Both the position numbers and the translations under genes were made by a program. Below, one piece after another: positions 1-10,666 of a DNA stretch of 64,000 bases (positions within the stretch are counted from its first letter, which is position 1; every line of letters begins with the position of its first letter). The notes under the pieces are model-generated. The model had not been told where the DNA came from. It worked only from the letters and a program-made list of their open reading frames with translations, and made no database searches. Source of the DNA: Bdellovibrionota bacterium (GTDB lineage: Bacteria; Bdellovibrionota_C; UBA2361; JAAYZI01). The DNA is taken from assembly GCA_050950765.1 (NCBI GenBank), contig JBMNIF010000003.1, forward strand, positions 160,001 through 224,000, in the 5' to 3' direction.

Positions 1-352
1 TTACGAAGAAATTTTCAGCCAAAGCGCCTTTTACGAAACTGAGAGTTCTCGGCACCATCCCGATGAGAATCACTACATCAATTAAGGTAAGATGATTTGC
101 AACAATGATTGTACTTCTGCACCCTTTTAAAGGTAGAAGGTGTGTTGTGTCGACCTTGATTAGACGCAGCACACTCATTAAAGACACAAAAAGCTTCCAC
201 GCATAATGAATAACAGTAGCGATAACTAAACGACGTTTATCCTTCTTAACTAAAATAGTAATTAACGGGATTACTATAAATCCGATCAGCAAGCTTCCCA
301 TTCCAAAAACAAAGAAGCAGAAAACCGTTAAAATTGAACGCAAAAAAACCAT
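1..352 (-). CDS. Lysophospholipid/1-acyl-glycerol-3-phosphate acyltransferase family protein, 5' part (runs off the window edge)
   Basis: Manual translation from ATG at 352: MVFLRSILTVFCFFVFG...STIIVANHLTLIDVVIL, containing the NHxxxxD acyltransferase motif; overlaps the stop of the preceding gene. Confidence 0.8.
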   Translation of the reverse strand, partial: MVFLRSILTVFCFFVFGMGSLLIGFIVIPLITILVKKDKRRLVIATVIHYAWKLFVSLMSVLRLIKVDTTHLLPLKGCRSTIIVANHLTLIDVVILIGMVPRTLSFVKGALAENFFV

Positions 353-1005
353 TAGGGAACCCTCACTAGGGAGAAGTTATCGGCATGGATATGATCTTTT
401 TCCCCCTTTAAAAAGGTGTGCATCTCATCAAAAGAGAAATCACTCTCTGCCTCACTATTGTTGCGATATGTAACTTTAACTTTAAAATCAGATTCTTTTT
501 CAGAGAGAAAGAGAGAGAGTCCGTGCGCCGCAACGCTCGGAACATATCCATTATAAAAATCGGGGGTCTCTTCCTCAGCGTACACGAAAAGAGTTGATCT
601 TCGAAAAAGGGTCGCTTCTAAGAAACCCATCTGTAAAGTCTTAATCCCTGCCGAAATCGTTGTATACTCGGCTTTATTATTAAAAAGGAGTGAGAAAAAT
701 CCTGCCGCTGCGTTATGAACAGAAGAGCTAAAAACTGCTGGAGAAAGCTCCTTTTCTACAAAAAACTGCTTAAATAGCTTTAGTGCCAACCCCCATTCAC
801 CAAATTGCGAGGCGAAGACAGAGGGAAAGTCATAACTTTCCAAATTGTAGGGAATTGCTTTTTTAGCTAAAAACAGTGATTCTTTTTGTAGAAAGGACAT
901 CCGCCTGCGTAACATCGGCGGGATAAAAGAAACATCCTCGGAAGAAAACGTTGACTCCGGTGTTATGATACTAGGATTATGAATATAAAAGATAAAATTT
1001 TTCAT
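352..1005 (-). CDS. Beta-ketoacyl synthase chain-length-factor-like protein (ApeC-like)
   Basis: PPMLRRRMS, VFASQFGE, LSPAVFSSSVHNAAAG and VYAEE motifs typical of this family; next to KS genes. Confidence 0.8.
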   Translation of the reverse strand: MKNFIFYIHNPSIITPESTFSSEDVSFIPPMLRRRMSFLQKESLFLAKKAIPYNLESYDFPSVFASQFGEWGLALKLFKQFFVEKELSPAVFSSSVHNAAAGFFSLLFNNKAEYTTISAGIKTLQMGFLEATLFRRSTLFVYAEEETPDFYNGYVPSVAAHGLSLFLSEKESDFKVKVTYRNNSEAESDFSFDEMHTFLKGEKDHIHADNFSLVRVP

Positions 1006-1614
1006 TTTCTAATTTTTATATCGGTAATACCACTATTGTTATTTTTAACAACGTGCAGCTCTCGCACTCAAACAATCGACAACACCACAAAGCCCGATCC
1101 AGATCTCATATATCTCACTAACGAAGAGCCTGTTTTAAGCAGTTGTCTACTTCCACACTTATTGGAAAAGTCAGGTCTCTTCATACACTATATCAATGGA
1201 AAATATAAAGATAAAAACTTTTATTTTGAAAGTATTATTAAGATAACAGATGAAACTTTTAAAGTCGTTGCCACTACTTCCATCAATAGACTTTTTTCAT
1301 TATCACTGGGGAGATCAGGAGAAGTCTCAATTGAATCGGAGCTTTCTTCTGTAATAGGTTTTCAACCTGAATATATCGCCACAGATCTGGCCTTAATTTA
1401 TCTTCCTACCGCTACGTTGCGTACATGCTTACCAAGTAACTATTCAATAACAGAAACACCACTTACGGAGAGAGGTTTTCTTAGAACAATTTCACATAAA
1501 GGTGCAACTATCTTCAAGATTACTTATTATACGGCGGATCGATATAACAGTGATGTCGATCTAAAAAATCTTCTTAGAAATTATCAATACAGTATAAAAT
1601 TAGGATCACAGTAG
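979..1614 (+). CDS. Putative lipoprotein, DUF3261/ApeN-like
   Basis: Hydrophobic N-terminus ending LTTC; FQPEYIATDLALIYLP motif; directly upstream of the KS gene as in aryl-polyene-type clusters. Confidence 0.6.
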   Translation: MNIKDKIFHFLIFISVIPLLLFLTTCSSRTQTIDNTTKPDPDLIYLTNEEPVLSSCLLPHLLEKSGLFIHYINGKYKDKNFYFESIIKITDETFKVVATTSINRLFSLSLGRSGEVSIESELSSVIGFQPEYIATDLALIYLPTATLRTCLPSNYSITETPLTERGFLRTISHKGATIFKITYYTADRYNSDVDLKNLLRNYQYSIKLGSQ

Positions 1615-2785
1615 ATGATAACACTTTCAGATCTAGGGATAATTTCAGCATTGGGCGAAGGGAAAACTTCCACACTTAAAAACGCCCTTAGTGGTAATAC
1701 TGCAGGGATGCAAAAAGTAAGGGGGATTATCCCGAATCAAGAGATAATCTGTGGCGTTGTTAACTCTACCCTCCCTCAAATTAACCTTCCTCAATACGAT
1801 ATCAGAGCAAATAGACTCCTCCTTGCTGTTGTAGAGCAATTAAAAGAGAGTATTGCAAGATTAAAAAAAGAATATCCACTAGACAGACTCGGCATAGTGC
1901 TCGGTAGTAGTAATACCGGAATTGAAGAGGCTCAAAATAACATCAACCACTGGCTTGCTGAAGGGGTTTGTCCAAAAGACTTTGATATTTCGCACCTAGA
2001 GCTGGGCTCACCGAGTGCTTTTTTACAAGATCTCTGCGGTTTTCGTGGTCCTGCTTATACCGTTTCGACAGCTTGCTCTTCGGCTGCCAAAGCTATTAGC
2101 TCAGGCAAGAAGTTACTGCAATATGAGATATGTGATGGTGTACTTGTAGGCGGTGTTGATGCTTTATGTAGCCTTGCAACAAACGGCTTCTTTGCACTAG
2201 AAGCTCTTAGTACAACACTAACTAATCCGCTCAGCATAAATAGATCTGGGATCAACTTAGGAGAAGGTGCTGCTTTATTTATTATGGAAAGAGATAAAGG
2301 TGGGATCCAACTTTTAGGCGCGGGAGAATCTTCAGATGCTTACCATTTAACAGCGCCCGATCCGGAAGGAGCAGGTGCAAAAAGTGCCATGTTGGCAGCT
2401 TTAGCTGAAGCAGAGATCCCCCCCCAGCGCTATCGATTATATCAATCTACACGGAACAGGAACTACACATAATGACAAAATGGAGACTAAGGCTATTTTT
2501 GAACTCTTTTCTGATTCTGCAATCTGCGCTTCCACAAAACCGTTAACGGGACATCTTTTAGGGGCTGCGGGAGCGCTTGAATTAGCCCTATCTTGGCTAA
2601 TGCTCTCAAACTTTAATAAAGAAAAAGAGTTAATTCCGCACGTTTTTGATAACGCACCAGATCCGGAGCTCTCTCCGATCAGGCTTGCCCAAAAAAACGA
2701 GCACGGCATAATAAACACTATTTTAAGTAATTCTTTTGCCTTCGGCGGCAGTAATGTCACGTTAATAATAGGAAAAGACTTTTAA
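1615..2785 (+). pseudogene. Beta-ketoacyl-ACP synthase (ApeO-like) split by a +1 frameshift; true pseudogene or assembly error
   Basis: STACSS active-site Cys; removing one C from the C8 run at 2418-2425 gives EIPPSAIDYINLHGTGTTHNDKME, joining to STKPLTGHLLGAAG and SNSFAFGG. Confidence 0.85.
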
Positions 2786-2796
2786 CAGAGATAGAT

Positions 2797-3256
2797 ATGG
2801 ATTTAAATTTACTTTTTACCACATAAGCCTCCTATGATCCTTCTTTCCGATGTAATAGCGGAATCACAAACTCCCGCTGGTATTACCACAAAAGTAACTA
2901 TAACCGAACAGGATGTTTTTTATGATGCAACGTTACAAGGCACCGCCAGCTACATTGCTCTTGAATATATGGCTCAAAGTATCGGTGTATTCGCAGGTTT
3001 ATACGATCTTTCTAAAGTCCCACCACGTCAACCTAGCGTCGGTTTTATCTTAGGAACTCGTAAATTTAAAACTTACATCCCTGTTTTTAAAGTAAATGAA
3101 ACGTATTTTATCCGAATTAAGCAGGAATTATTTGATTCTGAAATGGTATCTTTTGATTGTTCAATATATGATTGTGCTGATAAGTTGTGCACAGAAGCAG
3201 TTATCAATGCTTATCGTCCACAAGATTTAAAAGCGTTTATGAAGGATTATCAATGA
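2797..3256 (+). CDS. Hotdog-fold 3-hydroxyacyl-ACP dehydratase (ApeP-like); 5' end has an apparent +1 indel
   Basis: LPHKPPMILL and EYMAQSIG motifs; ATG at 2797 comes into frame if one T is removed from the T5 run at 2813-2817. Confidence 0.8.
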
Positions 3257-3978
3257 ATAAATCCGTTTTAATTACAGGATCGAGTCGAGGAATCGGAAAA
3301 GCTGCCGCCCTACACTTAGCCGCAGCCGGTTATGATATAGTTCTGCACTACCATAAAAATAAAGAAGGTACTGAAGCACTCCGTGCACACTTGAACGATC
3401 TCGGCAGATCGGTCAGAGTTTTATCTTTCGATATTGCGAACAGAACAGAGACAGAGGCTGCCATCTCTAAAGATATGGCAACACACGGTGTTTATTACGG
3501 CGTGGTTTGTAACGCTGGAATATGTGATGATAACGTTTTCCCGCTACTGGAACCTGCGCAGTGGGACCGTGTCTTACGAACCAATCTTGATGGCTTTTAT
3601 AATGTATTACACCCTATTATTATGCCGATGGTAGAGAATCGCATTCGTGGACGTATCGTTACGATCTCTTCCATCTCTGGCATGATCGGCAATCGTGGAC
3701 AGGTTAATTATAGCGCTGCCAAAGCCGGTATTATAGGAGCGACAAAAGCCTTAGCCCTAGAGCTGGCAAAACATAAGATCACTGTTAATTGCATTGCACC
3801 AGGCGTTATTGAAACTGATATGACTAGCGACCTACCTCTCGATGAAATCAAAAAGATAGTTCCTGCTAGACGGATGGGACAGCCGCATGAAGTTGCAAGC
3901 TTAATCACCTATTTATTTTCTGAAGATGCTGCCTATTTAACGCGGCAGGTAATTGCAGTTAATGGAGGGATGTTTTAA
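3253..3978 (+). CDS. fabG: 3-oxoacyl-ACP reductase (SDR; ApeQ-like)
   Basis: TGSSRGIG, CNAGI and YSAAK motifs. Confidence 0.9.
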   Translation: MNKSVLITGSSRGIGKAAALHLAAAGYDIVLHYHKNKEGTEALRAHLNDLGRSVRVLSFDIANRTETEAAISKDMATHGVYYGVVCNAGICDDNVFPLLEPAQWDRVLRTNLDGFYNVLHPIIMPMVENRIRGRIVTISSISGMIGNRGQVNYSAAKAGIIGATKALALELAKHKITVNCIAPGVIETDMTSDLPLDEIKKIVPARRMGQPHEVASLITYLFSEDAAYLTRQVIAVNGGMF

Positions 3979-5204
3979 TGCAACGTGTTGTCGTGACAGG
4001 GATGGGGCTTATCAGTGCACTAGGGCAAGATCTTGATACAGTTTGGGATCGTTTGCATATCTATAAAAACGCAGTTCGCGTACTTCCTGAATTGAAGACA
4101 TTTAAAGGATTAAATTCACATTTAGGTTCTGTTATTGATGATTTTCAAATACCTCAAAGCTTTACTAGAAAAACCATAAGAACGATGGGGAAAGTGGCTT
4201 TATTGGCGACCGCTTCTGCTGATAAGGCAGTCACCCAAGCGGGGCTTTCTGCAGAAGACTTAACAAACGGTAGAACGGGAGTCGCTTACGGCTCTTCTTC
4301 AGGATCTCCAATTAGCTTGGTTGATTTTTATGAAATGTTAAAAACACATGAGGTGAAAACTGTTTCTTCCGGCACTTATATAAAGATGATGCCACAAACT
4401 TGTGCGGTAAATTTATCCCTATATTTTAAAACAACGGGGCGTTTAATACCGACCAATACAGCTTGCACTTCGGGAGCGTTAAGTATCGGCTTAGCCTATG
4501 AGAGCATTAAACACGGTCTGCAAGATGTTATGATAGCAGGCGGAGCTGAGGAGTTTAGTTCTACTCAAGTTGCAGTTTTTGATACCCTTTACGCCACCAG
4601 CACCAAGAACGATGATCCTCAAAAAACCCCCATTCCCTTTGATAAAAATCGCGATGGCTTAGTTATCGGAGAAGGTGCAGGCACACTTATCTTAGAAAGC
4701 CTTGAACACGCTCAAAATCGTGGTGCGAAAATCTATGCGGAGATAGTAGGTTTCGGCACCAATACTGATGGTGCGCACATCACACAACCCTCAACGCAAA
4801 CTATGGCACTCGCCTTAAAAAATGCTGTTTCTGACGCTAATATTTCGACGGCTGAGATCGGGTATGTCAATGCACACGGCACAGCAACACTTCAAGGTGA
4901 TATCGCTGAAACAACTGCCGTAGAAGCCACTTTTCAACGTCCTGTGGCGATTAGTTCTTTAAAAAGTTATATCGGACACACCCTTGGAGCTTGTGGTACT
5001 CTTGAGGCTATTATTACTATCCTAATGTTAAATAATAACTGGTACGCTCCTACTTTAAATCTAAGTGAGATCGATCCCGCCTGCGCTAAGTTGGACTATA
5101 TTAAAGATGAAGGTCGTGCGATCGAGACCTGCTATGTTATGAGCAACAACTTTGCTTTCGGCGGAATCAACACGTCTTTGATTTTTAAGAAGTTTGAACA
5201 ATAA
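3978..5204 (+). CDS. Beta-ketoacyl-ACP synthase II-like (ApeR-like)
   Basis: RVVVTGMG, TACTSG, NAHGTAT, SLKSYIGHTLGACG and NNFAFGG motifs. Confidence 0.9.
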   Translation: MQRVVVTGMGLISALGQDLDTVWDRLHIYKNAVRVLPELKTFKGLNSHLGSVIDDFQIPQSFTRKTIRTMGKVALLATASADKAVTQAGLSAEDLTNGRTGVAYGSSSGSPISLVDFYEMLKTHEVKTVSSGTYIKMMPQTCAVNLSLYFKTTGRLIPTNTACTSGALSIGLAYESIKHGLQDVMIAGGAEEFSSTQVAVFDTLYATSTKNDDPQKTPIPFDKNRDGLVIGEGAGTLILESLEHAQNRGAKIYAEIVGFGTNTDGAHITQPSTQTMALALKNAVSDANISTAEIGYVNAHGTATLQGDIAETTAVEATFQRPVAISSLKSYIGHTLGACGTLEAIITILMLNNNWYAPTLNLSEIDPACAKLDYIKDEGRAIETCYVMSNNFAFGGINTSLIFKKFEQ

Positions 5205-5300
5205 GGTGTAAAACACCAAGACCAACTCTACACGCCTTATTTAGTTATCGATTGAGCTTTAAGGTAAAAGATGTTCAAGGCTGTTAGTATCAATTGAGCT

Positions 5301-6341
5301 TTAGGGTAAAAGGTGTTCGACGTACCAATCCAGAGCTTCCTCCATCCCCTCTCTAATTCGATACTGCGGAAGATAACCGAGATCTTTACTGATAGCAGAG
5401 ATATCTGCTAGTGATTTTTTTATATCTCCCTTTCTAAAATCCTCATATTGGGGAGTTTGTGGAAGGGTTGTTTTTAGCCGTTTCTCCAAACCTTCTCGAA
5501 TAATCTCATAAAGTTGATTTAGGGAGGTCTCTTCTCCACAACTTACGTTATAAGCTGTTAAGATCTTCGGGGAGTAATCAACGGTAGCTGCTAAGAGATT
5601 AGCCTGTACAACATTTTTAATATAACAGAAATCACGTGTAGTTGAACCATCACCAAAAACGACGCACTCTTTCCCAGAGACTAACCTCGAGACCCACCTC
5701 GGTATCACAGCAGCATAAGCTCCATTAGGATCCTGTCTTCTACCGAAAACATTGAAGTAGCGAAGTCCAATTAGCTCCAGACCGTATAGATCTGAAAAAA
5801 CATCTGCATATAATTCATTAACAGTTTTTGTTACAGCATAAGGAGAGAGAGGTTTACCTAAGTCAATTTCTCTTTTAGGAGAAGCTTGGCTATCACCATA
5901 AACAGAGCTTGATGAGGCATAAACGAAACGTTTTACCTCACCATCTCTAGCTGCCAAAGCCATATTGATAAAGCCATCTACATTAACGGCATTACTGGTA
6001 GCAGGATCTTTAACTGAACGTGGAACAGAGCCTAGTGCTGCTTGATGCAAAACGTAATCAACTTCGGCGCAAAGTGTATTACAGATATCACGATCTCTAA
6101 TATCGCCCTCAACCATCTTAAAAGAATTTTTTTGATCAGCGCTAAGTCCTTTTAAAAGATCGCTAATATTAGATTTATGCCCTGTGGAATAATTATCAAG
6201 CCCCACCACAGATTGTCCGAGTTTTAGTAACGTTTCAACTAAATTAGATCCGATAAATCCAGCAGCACCCGTTACTAACCATTTTTTAGGATCTTCAGAA
6301 AGGTTCCTTTTGCATTGTTCAAATTTACTTTCAGTTGTCAT
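5301..6341 (-). CDS. UDP-GlcNAc(A) C4 epimerase (TviC/WbpP-like extended SDR)
   Basis: GAAGFIGS, HQAALGSVPRS, YAVTK and RYFNVFGRRQDPNGAYAAVIP motifs. Confidence 0.9.
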   Translation of the reverse strand: MTTESKFEQCKRNLSEDPKKWLVTGAAGFIGSNLVETLLKLGQSVVGLDNYSTGHKSNISDLLKGLSADQKNSFKMVEGDIRDRDICNTLCAEVDYVLHQAALGSVPRSVKDPATSNAVNVDGFINMALAARDGEVKRFVYASSSSVYGDSQASPKREIDLGKPLSPYAVTKTVNELYADVFSDLYGLELIGLRYFNVFGRRQDPNGAYAAVIPRWVSRLVSGKECVVFGDGSTTRDFCYIKNVVQANLLAATVDYSPKILTAYNVSCGEETSLNQLYEIIREGLEKRLKTTLPQTPQYEDFRKGDIKKSLADISAISKDLGYLPQYRIREGMEEALDWYVEHLLP

Positions 6342-6343
6342 CG

Positions 6344-7625
6344 TTACAAGCTCCAGTACGTTATGCTTTTAGGGCAATCTTCACCATTAAAAACAGCCTT
6401 AACATCTACAAAAACGCCAGCACTTTTTAACATTGAAAAGATCTGATCTTTAGGAAGTTCTAGATACGCTTTATGCGGAACAGCAAATACAACTGCATCT
6501 AAGTTTTTAAAATCAGATAATTCTGAAAGAGTCAGACCGTACTCTTTTGTGGCTGATTTCGAGTCGGCATAAGGATCATGAACCACCGTTTGCACTCCAA
6601 AATCACGCAGCTCATTAATTATATCTGGCACCCTACTATTACGTAGATCTGAAACATTTTCTTTAAATGTTAGACCCAAGATACCAACCTTTGAATTTAA
6701 GATCTTTACCCCTGTTCTCGCCAAAAGCTTGACCAACTTCTGAGCTACAAACTTGCCCATATTATCGTTAATTCTACGTCCCGCTAGGATCACCTGCGGT
6801 CGATATCCTAACCTCTCTGCCAAAGTTGTTAAGTAAAAAGGATCTACCCCTATACAGTGTCCCCCAACTAATCCAGGGGAATATCTCAAAAAATTCCACT
6901 TTGTAGCAGCAGCATCAAAAACTTCTTTGCTGTTAATACCCACCAGATCAAAGATAATCGCCAGTTCATTCATAAGGGCGATATTTAGATCACGTTGTGT
7001 ATTTTCAATAACCTTAGCCGCTTCTGCCACCATAATTGATGAAGTTTTATAAACCCCTGCCTCTATAATCTCGCTATATATTTCAGCTACGATCTGTAAT
7101 GTTTCCGCATCTTGCCCCGAAACAATTTTAGTTATCTTTTCAAGAGTATGTTTTTTATCTCCAGGATTAATACGCTCTGGAGAATACCCTAACTTGAAAT
7201 CAACTCCGCATTTTAATCCTGAAGCCTCACTTAGCCATTTTCCGCAGAACTGTTCTGTCACACCAGGATAAACTGTCGATTCAAAAACGACGATGTCTCC
7301 TTTTTTTAAAGATGCGCCAAGCATCTTACAGGCGCTCTCAAGTAGAGAGAGATCGGGACGTTTTTCTAGATCAATTGGTGTCGGCACCCCTACAACATAA
7401 AAATCACATTTTTTTAGGACTTTGGGATCTGCTGTTATATCTAATGTTGTCTCTTTTAAGTCTTGATCGTTGTCCCTCTCCAGTCGCATCCACACCACCT
7501 TTAAAAAGCTCAATTTTTTCACTATTGATATCAAACCCAACAACGATGGGAAATTTTCGTGCGAAAGCAAGTGCTAACGGCATTCCAACATAACCAAGAC
7601 CTATTATACCGATTTTTCTTTTCAT
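6344..7625 (-). pseudogene. UDP-GlcNAc/GalNAc 6-dehydrogenase (TviB/WbpO-like) with a frameshift near 7475; true pseudogene or assembly error
   Basis: GLGYVG Rossmann N-terminus (ORF 7404-7625) and ESTVYPG, YSPERINPG, GLVGGHCIGVDP (ORF 6344-7570) lie in different frames; one added base near 7474-7476 joins them. Confidence 0.85.
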
Positions 7626-7816
7626 ATCAGTGCTTTATAAAGAGAGACAAAAACGCCATATATACAAGATCCGAATATAACTTCACTACGCTTCGGATAT
7701 CAAGACTCACCTTAACACGACAACACAAGATAAATCTTTCCCTCTTTTCATTGTAATCCTATCGCGATAACATGATGAGTTGGGAGTAACTTGCATAAAA
7801 GCACGGAGGCCAACGG

Positions 7817-8014
7817 ATGGTTAGCGATAAAAATATGAGATTTTACACTAATACGCTTATGATTCTTTTTATCTTAGCTATCCTAGTTCGTCTGTATTTA
7901 AAGTTTGCTGGTTATATCTTTGTTGTCCCAGTTTTAGATCCGATTTTAGATATCATCTGGGCGACTATTCTTTCTGTATTAAACTTTATTAGTCAGATAA
8001 CGACCCTCGGTTAA
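7817..8014 (+). CDS. Small hydrophobic membrane protein
   Basis: 65-aa ORF with GGAGG ribosome-binding site and two hydrophobic segments. Confidence 0.6.
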   Translation: MVSDKNMRFYTNTLMILFILAILVRLYLKFAGYIFVVPVLDPILDIIWATILSVLNFISQITTLG

Positions 8015-8111
8015 GGTGAATGGTAACGGTCGCTGTATCGCCTTTTATTCGTAAGAGCACTCAAAAAAAGCAAAGGTTACTATTATATTTATTTTGTTAA
8101 TTTGAATAACT

Positions 8112-9206
8112 GTGAGCATGAATATTTGGAAAATTAAACTCTTTACTCGTAATAAGGCAACTCTATACCTTCATTTTACAACATGTCTCTTTTATTTGTT
8201 AATTTACATTGATATCATTTCAGACAAAGCTAGAGCTCCTTTTTTACTACCTACCTTTTTAGCTTTGATCTCCACACTGGCGCTTAGAGAATTCTCCCGT
8301 TCTCTCGTCTCTATCTTTTTTTTAAAAGCCAATCCTTCAGAGATAATCCTCTACCCGCTCGGTATTTATGTAGAAAATAGAGACCGACTTAATCGGCTTA
8401 AAGCTATCATTTACACCTTGATAGGATCTTTTACCAATTCTATCACTGCTTTGATTCTCTTTAATTATCTAGATTTCTCTAACTTTACCCTTACAGCCAC
8501 TCACTCCTTTCCCACTGCCCTAGCGCATTGGAGCGTTTTTATTGCTGCTGTACAACTTCTGCCGGTTTATCCTTTTGATGGATTAACTCTTTTAAAAACA
8601 CTACTCAAAAGCGATGATTCAAGCACAGCGCTAAAAAACACACTCCGTATAGAGTGGTTTATTGTTTTAGCACTTGCACTAATCGTTTTTCTCTCCGCCG
8701 ATAGTAAATATCTCTTGGTTTTTATAAATTTAATAATCCCCTACTTCCTTTATAGTTTTCAAAACAAAGCTATCGCATATGCTAAGCCGTTTAATTGCAA
8801 AGATGCCGTGCTGCCGTTTGATAATATGACTCATTTTCCTCACAACTTCACAATTTCATCTGCGCTTGAAAAGACCTTAAAAACTCCTCAAACACTCTTC
8901 CCTGTTTTTAATGGCACCAATTTTATCGGTTTAATCCTTAGAGATACACTACTAAATGGAGTTTTTAACCTCAAAGAGTCCTATATTACTGAAATAACGG
9001 AGCGAGAACTACGGCGTATTAGTTTTTCAGCCCCTCTAACTGAAGCTCTAACCATGTTTGATAATAATCGAACCCCCATTGTTGTAGAAGAAAACGGAAC
9101 GCCAATAGGTATTATAACCACATCCAGTTTAAGTGAGTTTCTAATGATTAGGGAAACTCAACGTGTTATCAAAGAATCGGATTATCTTATTGATGATGAA
9201 ATTTAA
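8112..9206 (+). CDS. Site-2 protease (M50)-like membrane protein with C-terminal CBS pair; metal-binding motif degenerate
   Basis: Multiple TM segments, IILYPLG, QLLPVYPFDG, CBS-like FPV...GLI and PIV...IGIIT; the HExxH position reads REFSR. Confidence 0.7.
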   Translation: MSMNIWKIKLFTRNKATLYLHFTTCLFYLLIYIDIISDKARAPFLLPTFLALISTLALREFSRSLVSIFFLKANPSEIILYPLGIYVENRDRLNRLKAIIYTLIGSFTNSITALILFNYLDFSNFTLTATHSFPTALAHWSVFIAAVQLLPVYPFDGLTLLKTLLKSDDSSTALKNTLRIEWFIVLALALIVFLSADSKYLLVFINLIIPYFLYSFQNKAIAYAKPFNCKDAVLPFDNMTHFPHNFTISSALEKTLKTPQTLFPVFNGTNFIGLILRDTLLNGVFNLKESYITEITERELRRISFSAPLTEALTMFDNNRTPIVVEENGTPIGIITTSSLSEFLMIRETQRVIKESDYLIDDEI

Positions 9207-9227
9207 TGTATTAAACGTATATTATCT

Positions 9228-10169
9228 ATGAAGCACAAAACATCGCAGATATTGACAAAGAGAGAAGCTCTTTTAGCAAAAGTTTTAATGGGGTGCACCA
9301 TCTATCCACTCAGTATACTGCCGCTTTCGTTTAGGTGCTTTTTGGGACGTCAAATTGGTGTAGCTTTTTCATATTTTGAGACACGTGACAGGTTAATTAC
9401 TGAGTTGCAGATCAAATGGATCTTACCGCAGATCTCACCTAAAGAGATACTTCCTAAAATTTTCGGCAACATCGGATCTAATATTTTCGAAGCCCTCAAT
9501 TTAAAGCCGATTATAAACAATATGGATCGTTATATAGAGTGTCCTAATGCAGAGATCCCAAAAACTATCAATAAACGGGGTCGTCCTGTTGTTGCACTAA
9601 CGGCGCATATGGGGAATTGGGAGTTGATGGCGGCGTATATGGTTAAGGTGGGCGTTCCACTTACCACAGTTGGTAGACAAGCAAGAAACCGTTTCGGGCA
9701 GTATTTACTCTCTCATTTACGTGCTAGATACGGAGTTAACACCATGTGGAAGGAGAATCGTTCGGGGTTGCGTGAGATGGTTAAACACCTTAGTCCAGGT
9801 CACACCATAGCAGCGTTAATTGATCAAGACACGCACGTACGTAGCGAAAATATACCTTTTATGGGGCATTTGGCAAAAACTCCCGTCGGATTGATTGATA
9901 TCGGCAAACGCTTTAACGCTATTTTTGTAACTTCATTTATTGTGAAGGATGGAGATAAGCACGTTATTCACGTTGAAGAGATCCCTGATACAGCAGATCA
10001 AGCCGAGATCCTTGAAATTTACAATACCCGTTTAGAAGAACTGATTAGACGATATCCCGATCAATGGATCTGGATGCATAAAAGATGGCGCAGTTGCGTA
10101 GCGGAGAAGCCACTTTCCAGTAAGGAGTATATTCAATTTTTAAAAGAGCAAACTAATTATGGGGAGTAA
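9228..10169 (+). CDS. Lipid A lauroyl/myristoyl acyltransferase (LpxL/HtrB family)
   Basis: TAHMGNWE, LIDQD and PDQWIWMHKRWR motifs. Confidence 0.85.
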   Translation: MKHKTSQILTKREALLAKVLMGCTIYPLSILPLSFRCFLGRQIGVAFSYFETRDRLITELQIKWILPQISPKEILPKIFGNIGSNIFEALNLKPIINNMDRYIECPNAEIPKTINKRGRPVVALTAHMGNWELMAAYMVKVGVPLTTVGRQARNRFGQYLLSHLRARYGVNTMWKENRSGLREMVKHLSPGHTIAALIDQDTHVRSENIPFMGHLAKTPVGLIDIGKRFNAIFVTSFIVKDGDKHVIHVEEIPDTADQAEILEIYNTRLEELIRRYPDQWIWMHKRWRSCVAEKPLSSKEYIQFLKEQTNYGE

Positions 10170-10632
10170 TTATTTACCACATCGCACCTTTGTTTTTTTC
10201 TGTTTATTTTTACTAAACTCTTGCGGTCCTACGGAGAGTAGCCGTTCAAAGGCAGATACCTATTCAAGGGAGCATCGCTATGAAGAAGCTATCGCCGAAT
10301 ATCACCGTCATATTAACGATCGTCTTGGTGTAAAGAATCGACCGGAGTGGGAGAATCCTTATCTTTACCTTTTGGATATAGGAGACATCTACCTTGAACA
10401 GGGAGATGTGGAAAAAGCCTTAGAAAATTACAAATTAGCAGAAGATAAAGAGGTAAAGGAGAGCTATGTCATTGATCGTTACCGCTATATAGCTACTTGG
10501 TACGAAAAGAAAGGAGATCTTAAGTCCGCATTGAAACACCTTGAAAAGTATCGCGACAAAGACCCCCTTCTTTTTGATCTGATGTTAGATCGCATCTCAA
10601 GGCAGATGGTCAAAGAGGAAGATTCTAAATAG
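10159..10632 (+). CDS. TPR-containing lipoprotein
   Basis: Lipobox LNSC; TPR-like helix pair LLDIGDIYLEQGDVEKALENY. Confidence 0.7.
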   Translation: MGSNYLPHRTFVFFCLFLLNSCGPTESSRSKADTYSREHRYEEAIAEYHRHINDRLGVKNRPEWENPYLYLLDIGDIYLEQGDVEKALENYKLAEDKEVKESYVIDRYRYIATWYEKKGDLKSALKHLEKYRDKDPLLFDLMLDRISRQMVKEEDSK

Positions 10633-10666
10633 TCGTGTCTAGCTGACTATTTTTTAAGAGTGGTTA

